Of a stretch of DNA of 64,000 nucleotides, positions 53,989 to 64,000 are shown in pieces. The DNA is from Octopus sinensis (Eukaryota): positions 58,466,001 through 58,530,000 of the forward strand of contig NC_043004.1 in assembly GCF_006345805.1 (NCBI RefSeq), in the 5' to 3' direction. Within the stretch, counting starts at the first letter, position 1. Every line of letters begins with the position of its first letter. A program made the translations under genes and the position numbers. Under the pieces are notes generated by a model that made no database searches, was not told the origin of the DNA, and saw only the letters and a list, made by a program, of their open reading frames with translations.

Positions 53989-54390
53989 ATATATATATGC
54001 CTGTGCTAGTAGGGTGCCAATAGCACCACCCGAGCATGATCGTAGCCAGAGCAGCCAACTGGCTTCCATACCCGTGGCACATAAAAGGGCACCATTCGAA
54101 CGTGATGGTTACCAACGTTGCTTCTCTAGCACCTGTGCCAGTGGCCCGTGTAAAAAGATTTGAGCGAGGTCATTGCCAGTACCGCCTGACTGGCCCCCAT
54201 GTCGGTGACACGTAAAAAGCACCCACTACACTCTCGGAGTGGTTGGCGTTAGGAAGGGCAACCAGCTATAGAAACTTTGCCAGATCAAGATTGGAGCCTG
54301 GTGCAGCCATCTGGTTCACCAGCCCTCAGTCAAAATCGTCCAAACCCATGCTAGCATGGAAAGTAGACGTTAAATTATGATGATGATGAT
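53603..54390. mobile_element. two family B SINE pieces in inverted orientation (53603-53945 minus; 54000-54390 plus) separated by (TA)n
   Basis: Both tails point outward; the left copy has a 62-bp internal tandem repeat (53774, 53836, 53898). Confidence 0.85.
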
Positions 54391-54404
54391 AATGATATAT
54401 ATAT

Positions 54405-54442
<38 letters not shown>

Positions 54443-55052
54443 ACACACTTGGCCTAGTAGTTAGGTTGTTGCACTCACAATCGTGAGATCATGTTTTCAA
54501 TTCTTAGACCTGGTAGTGCATTGTGTACTTGAGCAAAACACTTCATCTCACATTGCGCTGCAATTACTTCAATACCTGCAGCATGGTACAATGTACACCT
54601 GTTCAGGCAAAAACGATTTGATGGAGAGAGTAAAATAATGTACAGCACATAGATTCGATCACTATAAACAAATCATTTGTGCTGGTCTTTTGGCAGAGTC
54701 CATTATATATACATACATGTATTTGTATATGTGAATGTGTATACATTCACACATACACATGCATAGACATAATTACATCCACACAAACACACACATATTT
54801 ACAGACACCTATATGCATATATATACATACATACCCACACATCCATGTTAGAAACAAGAATGAAATCAAACTTTAATGTCATAAAAATGGAAGGTCCAAC
54901 AAATAACATAGTCTTCCCCCTTTGAATAGCAGGTTGTCGCTTGAAGGAGATTTGGGGGTTATTTCTGTCAAGTTGAGGGACTACATAGAGGCTAATCCAT
55001 TGCAACAAAATAGTTAGGATTATTAGCTTAGCTAGCCAAATATTTCTGGGTA

Positions 55053-55413
55053 TTATTACCTCCACTTTTGCTAAGGTGGAACTATCATTTTCAGTTGTGT
55101 TTGTTTGTTTGTTTGTCCATGGACAAGATCAAGAACTGCTGGATGGATTCGGATGAAACTTTCAGGAATGTTTGACCTCACGACTGGATGAACCAATTAG
55201 ATTTTGGGATCAATCTGGTACTGGACAAGGATTCTAGATTATTTTTTTCCTTTTTTTTTTACTTAATATTTGAGAGTGGTCAGGTTCATTTTTAGCATTC
55301 TCATTTGCGAGAGTAGTTGAGTTTATTTCAGATATTCTCATTTTAAAAATCAACCGTTGAGAGGGCGTTGGTGTTGCCTTGGTGAAGGTTTGCACTCTCT
55401 GAATGCTCTTGTT
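55053..55413 (+). mobile_element. Helentron-associated (HINE/DINE-1-like) non-autonomous element
   Basis: Starts TTATTACCTCC with hairpin TCCAC..GTGGA, then (GTTT)n; ends GGTGAAGGTTTGCACTCTCTGAATGCTCTTGTT. Confidence 0.6.
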
Positions 55414-55414
55414 A

Positions 55415-56237
55415 TTATTTTTATTATTTAAAACGTCACACAGCATCCACAACCATGATGTTTTTGATTGAAGATATTGTGTCTACTGGTGGTGGGGGTT
55501 GTCAAGTCACAACAAGGACATCAGACAGACAGGACTTTATGTAATATGCATGCAGTTCCAAGTAATGCCGAATTTTGCAATACACCAAGATTGTAGGGTA
55601 TTTCTAAACTTTCCAGATGTTTCTTCAGCTTGGGTGGTATTGAACCCAATGCACTGATAACAAACAGGGACAACCTTTATTTTTGACTCTTGTAGCTGCC
55701 ACATCTTTGTGATTTCAATTCTCAGGTTCCATAGTTATCAATCTTTTCTCTTTCTTTCATGATAATATGTTGATCTTTTGGCCCTGCCATATCAATTATT
55801 AGACACTTTTGTTTGTCCCTCCTAAAGGTTGCTATATCCAATTGTCAGTGTTCTAACACTTTCTCTGCTTAGAAGTCAAAGACCCAGAGGATTTTTGCCT
55901 TCCCCTTTACATCCAGTACCTTTTCCTGTGTATGTTGGTACCAAGCATCCGTTACCTCATATCCATACTTCTAGCATAGAAGCCAGTGCAGGTTTTGGGC
56001 TACCTTGTCGTGTCTGTGTGGTCTCTTTTCACTGAGTTAGTATTCAATGCCTGGTCTTAGGCAGTGATGATTAGGCTTTCAGTCTTCTTTTCTAAGTCAC
56101 CCTTGCTGAGCCACCTGCATGAAGCTTCCTGGTCTTTTAATTTGTTAGTTCATGGTGGAACTGACCAAGTAATTCCATACAGAGTAGGATTTCTTCTCTC
56201 TTGTTGGTTATTCATGATTGGAATTCATGAGCACTCT
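55415..56237 (-). pseudogene. decayed R4/Dong-clade non-LTR retrotransposon 3' end (restriction-like endonuclease domain)
   Basis: Pieces WLSKGDLEKKTESLIITA*DQALNT / RHDKVAQNLHWLLC*KYG..WYQH..KILW / DKQKCLIIDMAGPKDQHIIMKEREKIDNY / LQNSALLGTACILHKVLSV* (stop at 55521-55523). Confidence 0.88.
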
Positions 56238-56255
56238 CAATTATTATTATTATTA

Positions 56256-56292
<37 letters not shown>

Positions 56293-56293
56293 G

Positions 56294-56846
56294 AGTGAGA
56301 GAGCAGTTTATGCCATCAAAGTGACACTGGGGTAAAATATACGAAGCCCAGTATACCCATCATGACTACCCGTCTGATAAGGGTACACCAGGCACATGCA
56401 TCACAACCATATGTGCGTGACATGGTGATCTCATATCAAGATAAACAGCACATGACCTTGCAGGTGAGGCCCAGTTAGAATTTTCTTCAGGTTGAGTAGC
56501 CCATCCCGCTCAAAAGGTCCCTGAATAAGGGTTGTTTAAGGATGTTGAAAGAACCACCCATGTTTCCAGAGGTGAATTATTCAAACCCCAAAGAATCCCT
56601 CTCAACACACGGCTATGATGCTCCCCCACTACTTCTGCTAATGATCAGAGATGCACATATCGTCAGCCACTAAGGGACATGCTCAACTGGTTAAAGTCAA
56701 ACAACTGACAAGCAAATCTGTGGTATTGAGCAGAATATTTGCTGTAGCCCATCTTTTATACCAAGACAAAACAATGTACATGATAACACTTCCAATCAGT
56801 TAAGACCAGAAGCCATGAGAGCCACTGTCTGGTACTGCATCAGGGC

Positions 56847-56847
<1 letters not shown>
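56294..56847. mobile_element. about 550-bp repeat-like cassette bounded by (ATT)n on both sides
   Basis: Higher-GC block with sharp boundaries between two (ATT)n tracts; no ORF; family not identified. Confidence 0.45.
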
Positions 56848-56901
<54 letters not shown>

Positions 56902-56903
<2 letters not shown>

Positions 56904-57095
56904 CTATTTTATTTTTATAACGTGCTTTCACTTCACTACCGAGTGCAGCTCTGTGTGCCTTGGGTATGTGCTGTGGTTTGATGTGATGCTCTTATGGTTA
57001 CTGTATTGAAAGTGTTTTGCATAGGATGTGTGCAGTGCCAAGCAGTGCAATTTTATGTATGTTATATATATTTGTAAGTCATTACTGTATCCAAA
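56902..57095 (-). pseudogene. extreme 3' end of a second R4/Dong-like element
   Basis: Minus translation NIHKIALLGTAHILCKTLSIQ* plus 3' UTR running into (TAA)n. Confidence 0.8.
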
Positions 57096-57819
57096 TCTTT
57101 ATTTATGTTATTTTTCTTCCATATTTCATATGTGTATGTTGTGTTTTCATTATTATTAATATCATTATTATTATTATTATTATTATTATTAATAATAGCA
57201 TCTTTGTCAATCTCACAATATAGGCTGTAGAATTTAATAGACCAAATGTGAGATATAGGGGTCATTGTGAAGTTTGTTCATTTATCGTCTGTGTGCTTTT
57301 ATGTCTGATTTACTATGCTAGCATGGGTTAGGTGAATATATTATTGAGGCGTTATTTTTAGAGCTGAAGGCCTTTACTTATTTCTCAAGTTATGGACCAT
57401 TTCATCTATTTGTTTATGAAGATAATTTATTGACAGGGGAAATGACATTGGTATTGATTGCGGCTCAGTGATTTTTGGCTCAGTGTGAATATAAAGACAT
57501 GCATTTTTATGTGTATGTGTGTGTGTATATAAATTTACATGTATATATATATATGATTGTGGCAATTAAAAGTTTTAGTCAAACAGATCAACCTCTGGAT
57601 TTTCTTTTTTAAAGCCTAGTACTTGTTCTATTGCTCTCTTTTGCCAAACTGCTAAGTTACAGGGACATAAACACACCAACACTGGTTGTCAAACTGGTGT
57701 TGGGAGATAAGCACAAAGATACACACATGCAGATATATATAAATGCATACACACACACACATGCATACACACACACATGCATGCACACACACACAGATGA
57801 CAGGCTTCTTTCAGTTTCT

Positions 57820-58051
57820 TATTTCTTATTTCTTTATTGCCCACAAAGGGCTAAACATAGAGGGGACAAACAAGGACAGACAAAGAGATTAAGTCGATTA
57901 CATTGACCCCAGTGTGTAACTGGTACTTAATTTATCAACTATGAAAGGATGAAAGGCAAAGTCGACCTTGGCAGAGTTTGAACTCAGAATGTAACAGCAG
58001 ATGAAATACTGCATTTCGTCCAGCATGCTAACATTTCTGCCAGCTCGGCGC
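57820..58051 (-). mobile_element. SINE family D inserted into a family A SINE
   Basis: 15-bp TSD CTTCTTTCAGTTTCT at 57805-57819 and 58052-58066; host SINE spans about 57560-58200. Confidence 0.92.
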
Positions 58052-58567
58052 CTTCTTTCAGTTTCTGTCAACTAAATCCATTTACAAAGCTTTGGTTGGT
58101 CTTTAAAGATACTTGCTCAAGGTACCAACAGTGAGACTGGACTGTCCTTGAAATCACATGATGGAAAAACAAACTTCTCAATCACTCAGTCACGACTGCA
58201 AGTCAAAAAATTAATATTTAATTTATAAAAGTAAACATTAATTTGAAAACTTAATTAAAACTGAGAAACTCCGTCAATATTAATAGCGTTAATACATGCT
58301 GATTTTATCAAATATTTGCCAATGCTATGTTGTACGTTAAACAAAGACATAGCATAGATTATTTTCCTTGTGATATTCAGTTTGATTCTTCATTCTTCAT
58401 AAGTGTAAACTAACTGCTGAAATAGTTAATGAAGTAACTATCAATCACTTTATAAACATAAAACAATTTCTAAATTAGTATATAACATATCATCATCATC
58501 ATCATCATTTAACGTCCATTTTCCATCTTAGCATGGGTTGGACAGTTTGACCAGAGCAGGAAAGATG

Positions 58568-58922
58568 CACCAGGTTCCAATCTGATTTGGCTTCGTTTCT
58601 GCAGCTGGATGCCCTTCCTAATGCCAACCACTTTACAGAGTGTTCTGGGTGCTTTTCATGTGGTACCAACATGTATATAATACAAAAGTCTTTTCTCATT
58701 CCCCACTGAAATTCTGGACCCAGATCAAATATTGTTTTTGGTAGACTTACAATATCCACAATTCTTGCTTAGTTGTCCAATCTTCATTATCATTGTCATC
58801 ATTGCTTTAATGTTAGTTTGTTTGTTTGTTTTCTATGGATTAGAATGGTCTGCCATACCATAAATTACCTTGACAAATTCTAACAAATTCACTTCTATCT
58901 TCATCAAAACTTTTCAACAATA
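58568..58922 (+). repeat. local duplication, copy 1
   Basis: Family B fragment plus non-SINE flank, repeated at 61339-61693. Confidence 0.85.
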
Positions 58923-60412
58923 CTACTTTAGGAATCTATCAGCCTACAATGTAAGTATTGAACTGTTTCGTCCATGAAACTAAATTCTACAATGAAGTGT
59001 ATTCATAGATTGTATTCAATGGAGTGTATTCACTGCATTTATAAATTAATTAAATTTATTAGATGCTAGACAGCTAAAATCTATGAATACACCATATAGG
59101 AAAATTTAGTATGGAAAATAAACACTGCTGGTGCATCAGTAACATTCCATGCAAATGTATTATTATTCCTCCACAAGAAAAGTGATGAAAACAACCATTA
59201 GTAATCATCTATAAAAGGGTCAGTTTTTCTCCATTGTTAGCATTTGGTTTTGTTTTTTTTTTATTTTTATAATGACTTAGACAGGAAAAGAAAGCAGTTA
59301 TGGCCCTTTACAGGGACTTTGTATCCAGGTTGAGTAAGTTTGAAAGGGTACATCATTCTGGAATTGAAGATCCAAGGAGGAGCCTATGAATTATCTGAAG
59401 TAGCCCTTCCACTGTCAAAAAGGAAAATAACTTTATTCAGTCCCTTTAAATTTTGCGTAGTATTCCCCACCGCAGAGGGCATTAATCCAGTCTTGTTCCA
59501 TTTTGTAAAGTTTCTATCGGCGGTCCTGCCTGTGATAGGTGAAAGGAAGTTATGCTTAGATTAAAGACCATGCAGCAATGCTTGCAAGAGAACACCTCAC
59601 TAAAGATACCCAAGGGAAAGCTGGAAGTGTTGAACTGGACAACACACTTAGTCCACCCCCTAATATGGGTTTTAAAAGTTGTACATTCATAGGTATTTGT
59701 CTTTCTATGAGATATATTTGTCATCCTCCTTGTCATTGTTGTTTTGACATTTACTTTTTCACACTGGCGTGGTTCAGACGAAATATGTCAAGGCACTTAC
59801 CTATGACTAGATGATGCCCTTTCTCAAGCCAATCTTGTTTCCAGGCAAAATAATATCTCTCTTTAGTCCTTCATACTATGGCCAGACGTGTTATCATGAA
59901 AGATTCCAAACAAATGACACCTCTTTATCATAGTGACATTTGTCGACAACTATTATATTATGTCAAGACCAGAAGCTACACACACATGCATGCACAAACA
60001 CACATATACATATGAGAGACTTTTGCCATTTCTATCGACCAAATCTACTTACAAGGCCTTGGTCATCTTGGGGTGATAGCATCAGACACTTACCCAAGAT
60101 GCCCCACAGTGAAATTGAACCTGAAACCATGTGGTGGGAAGAACCATGTGGTACTTAATCACTCTGTGTCTACACCTAATTGTGTTTCATGAAATTAGAA
60201 CTAAGATTTTCTCTGTAATATTGATTTATTTCTTAATAACACTGCTGGGAATTCGTTTAAGAGAGGATTGACAATATGTGCTGATTATGCCTTTCTGGAA
60301 TACACTCACAATAAGAGCAGTGAATTGGCTTCTCTTAGTGCGAATCAAAACTGGTGAAGAACAGGTTTTTTAATGCTATTTCTGGGCTTCTACACTCATC
60401 ACTTTTTTGGTT

Positions 60413-60449
<37 letters not shown>

Positions 60450-60824
60450 TGTTTAGCATTTGCCTTCCATGCTGGCAAGGGTTGGGAAGTTTAACAGGAG
60501 CCAGCCAAGCAGGAGCCTGCACTAGACTTCTGTGTCTGTCTTGGTAGGGTTTTTACAGCTGGATGCCCTTCCAAACATCAACCACTTTACAATGTAGACT
60601 GGATAAGGCTTGCAGTTTTAAAGAGAGGAGAACAGTCAATACTATTGATCTCAGTACATGAATGGTATTTTATTTTATCAATCCTGAAAAGATGAAAGAC
60701 AAGCTGAGTTAAGTGGAATTTGAACTCAGAATGCAGAGAGCTAGAACAAATACCATATTGTATTTCTTTTTTCTTTTTTGGCACTTTAAAAATTCTGTCG
60801 TTTTACTACCATTTTTTGTGATGA

Positions 60825-61278
60825 ATATTGGTCTCAAATTTTGGTACAAAGCTGGCGAGTTTGGGTGGTGTGGGATGAGATGATTAAATCAACCCCAGTA
60901 TTCAACTTGTACATATTTCATCAACCCCAAAAGAATGAAACGCAAAGTCAACCTCAACAGAATTTGAACTTGGAATGTAAAGACAGGCGAAATAATGCTT
61001 AGGTGTTTTGCCCAGTAATGATTCTGCCTGCTCACTGCCCATTTTGTGCTGAATATTGGCTTTAAATTTTAGTACAAGGCCAATAGGTTTGGGGGAAAGG
61101 TTAAGTCAGTTAAATCAACCCCAGTGATCAGCTGGCTGGTACTTATTTTATTGACTCCAAAAGGAATAAAAGGCAAAGTGGAGTGTGGCAGAATTTGAAC
61201 TCAGAACATAAAGACAAACAAAACGCCACTATGCATTTTTGCCCAGTGTGGTAACAATTCTTCCAGCTAGCTGCCCTT
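60825..61278 (-). mobile_element. two tandem diverged family D-related SINEs with an alternative tail
   Basis: Two units of ...GAATTTGAACT..GAA...AAATCAACCCCAGT preceded on plus by AAATTTTGGTACAAAG-type tail. Confidence 0.7.
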
Positions 61279-61338
61279 TTTGTGCTGAATATTAACAAAG
61301 CTTTATAAACAGGTTTCTTTGTGGATAGCAGGAGAGCT

Positions 61339-61693
61339 GCACCAGGTTCCAGTCTTATTTAGCTTTGTTTCTACAGCTGGATGCCCTTCCTAATGCCAAC
61401 CACTTTACAGAGTGTGCTGGGTACTTTTCACATAGCACTGGCATGTATATAATACAAAAGTCTTTTCTCATTCCCCAATGAAATTCTGGACCCAGATCAA
61501 ATGTTTCTTTTACTAGAGTTACCATATCCACAATTCCTACTTAGTTGTCCAATCTTTATCATCATTGTTATCATATCATTGCTTTAATGTTTGTTTGTTT
61601 GTTTTCTATGGATTAGAATAGTTTTCCATACCATACATTACCTTAACAAATTCTAACAAGTTCACTTCTATATTTGCCAAATTTTCCAACAAT
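61339..61693 (+). repeat. local duplication, copy 2
   Basis: Shares ATGTATATAATACAAAAGTCTTTTCTCATTCCCCA.TGAAATTCTGGACCCAGATCAAAT and downstream sequence with copy 1. Confidence 0.85.
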
Positions 61694-61924
61694 ATTTATT
61701 TCTTTATTGCCCATAAGGGGCTAAACATAGAAGGGACAAACAAGGACAGACAAAGGGATTAAGTCGATAACATCGACCCCAGTGCATAACTGGTACTTAT
61801 TTAATCGACCCCGAAAGGATGAAAGGCAAAGTCAACCTCGGCGGAATTTGAACTCAGAAAATAATGGTAGATGAAACAGAGTTAAACATTTCGCCCGGTG
61901 CACTAACGTTTCTGCCAGCTCGCC
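61694..61924 (-). mobile_element. SINE family D
   Basis: Full head, body and tail. Confidence 0.9.
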
Positions 61925-62828
61925 ACAAACAGCTTTAGTTTCTTAATTGGTGCAACCATAACAGACATAATTAATGTATAAACAAGAGTTCATGAATACG
62001 TCGCCTTCTTATATATATAATTCGTAACTTTCTTTTATATATTAATTTATGTTGATTGGCAGTTAATAGAAGTTTGCTTTGTATATTTGTATATATGACC
62101 AGTAACTGATAATATTAACTGCATTCCTCTCAACTGAAATTTGTATAAAAGAACATTTAATGGGAGAAAATTTTCTTATTTATTTCCCTGGTCAGTGATT
62201 AGCAATAACATTTAATTTATTGACATGTAGGAATTGTGTGCAATATATCATATCCTCTAATCATCAGTGAGTAGCACAATACTAAGTCAGCATTGAGGTT
62301 TTAACAGATTGACAGAAAGAGCTAATTACTGAATGTTTTTGTTCTTGTATCTTTTAGTCAGGAAGGATAGCAGTCCTATGACCCATTACAGGGCCACTAA
62401 GACTGATGGAAGGGTGGGAAGAAGGGGACTTTCCCTAAATGCATGTAACAAAATGGACTTAGTTAAAGGCCCCCAAGACAGCAGGTGGTTGTGGTGTTAA
62501 ATCTGATGACATATTAAGTCTGCTACCCAAGTAGGTCTTAGTGCATTTTGAACTCAAAACATAAATATCTAGAATAAATACAGCTTGGCATTCAGTCCAT
62601 TGTTCCTACAATCTCACCAATCTCACACTTTGCATTGATATTTTTTGATTGACTCTGAAAGGATGAAAGTCAAATTTGACCTCAGAAGGATTTGAACTCA
62701 GAACACAGTGAATTCGAATAATTGCCACAAAGTATTCTTTCCACTGCACTGACTCTACTCGTTCACCACTTAAACAAGTCTGACTGTGGCTAGATGATGG
62801 TGTAAATGTTTGAATGAATATAATATAT

Positions 62829-63060
62829 ATTTCTTTACTACCCACAAGGGGCTAAACACAGAGGGGATAAACAAGGACAGACAAACGGATTAAGTCGATT
62901 ACATCGACCCCAGTGCGTAACTGGTACTTAATTTATCGACCCCGAAAGGATGAAAGGCAAAGTCGACCTCGACGGAAATTGAACTCAGAACATAACGGCA
63001 GACGAAATACGGCTACGCATTTCGCCCGGCGTGCTAACGTTTCTGCCAGCTCGCCGCCTT
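62829..63060 (-). mobile_element. SINE family D, near-consensus young copy
   Basis: Head GGCGGCGAGCTGGCAGAAACGTTAGCACGCCGGGCGAAATGCGTAGCC, CpG-rich; TSD ATGAATA at 62814-62820 and 63061-63067. Confidence 0.95.
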
Positions 63061-63501
63061 ATGAATAGCTGAAATATTCCAGCTGAAACTATTTATATGG
63101 ATTTCGTTTCTCATCATGACAATGATTATTGAAGACAATCAAAGTATGCTGAATAGCATATTTCAAAATCTCCAACTCAAGATTAAGGCTTGTTAAAGCT
63201 GATGTATTGAATAATTTATATATGTTTATCTATACCTCCTTTGCATGAAGAAAGCTTTATTACTTTTCTGTGATGTACACTGAAGAATCAGTCTCTGCTA
63301 ATTCCATTTGGCACGTGCTAGCATGGAAAAGTGGACAGTACAATGATGACAATGACAATGACAAAGCCGATGAAGATGCCGACAATGTCGATAATGAAAT
63401 TACAGTACATTAAGTAGATAATTGTTTCTTTGTTTCCAACGAAGGCTCAAGGTCTGATATTTTGTGAAGAGGGTGTCATTCAAGGAAATTGACTCCTAGT
63501 G

Positions 63502-63524
63502 CACACACATACCCACACATGTAT

Positions 63525-63555
<31 letters not shown>

Positions 63556-63882
63556 TACATACATACATACATACATACATACATGCATACATACATACAT
63601 ACATACATGCATACATACATACATACATACATGCATACATACATACATACATACATGCATGCATACATACATACATACATACATACATGCATGCATGCAC
63701 GCACACATACATACATACATACATACATACATAAATACATACATACATACATACATACATACATACATACACACATACATACATGCATACATACATACAT
63801 ACATACATGCATGCATGCATGCATGCATGCATACATACATACATACATACATTCATACATACATACATACATACATACATGT
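63502..63882. repeat. (CA)n/(TACA)n/(TGCA)n compound microsatellite
   Basis: Direct read; source of the last five ORF-track entries. Confidence 0.97.
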
Positions 63883-64000
63883 ATCATCATCATCATCGTT
63901 TAATGTCTGTTCTCCATGCTTGCATGGGCTAGACGGTTCGCTGAATTCTGGAAAGCCAGTAGCTGCACCAGACTCCAAACTGATCTGGCAATATTTTTAC
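63883..64000 (-). mobile_element. SINE family B 3' end, cut by the window edge
   Basis: (CAT)n CGTTTAATGTC...CCATGCTTGCATGGG. Confidence 0.8.

Noticed and set aside
59775-59845. Apparent exon DWLEKGHHLVIG with a GTAAGT donor
   Set aside because: It overlaps a dispersed repeat also seen at about 2480-2600.

Overview
This is a very AT-rich, microsatellite-dense eukaryotic window. Its repeat content (several tRNA-derived SINE families, one CORE-like) looks like an octopus/coleoid genome; this is an inference from the repeat families. No host gene can be named. At best there is a weakly supported minus-strand exon chain, and almost all ORF-track entries are translated microsatellites or SINEs. 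The window is a stack of mobile elements: about 40 SINE copies or fragments of at least four modular types, two non-autonomous Helitrons, one Helentron/HINE-like element, three piggyBac-type TTAA MITEs, hAT and Tigger-like MITEs, and decayed R4/Dong, RTE and mariner coding remnants. The most interesting signal is a Penelope-like element (PLE) remnant at 40455-41460. It has a GIY-YIG endonuclease remnant, inverted terminal duplications and a complete type I hammerhead ribozyme core in its 3' region. Two long palindromes (902-1381 and 19567-19930) carry a hammerhead-like motif in each arm, reading outward from the centre. This suggests that some apparent fold-back 'MITEs' here are ribozyme-bearing PLE derivatives. 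All alignments and folds were done by eye. Boundaries are approximate unless TSDs or termini are quoted.
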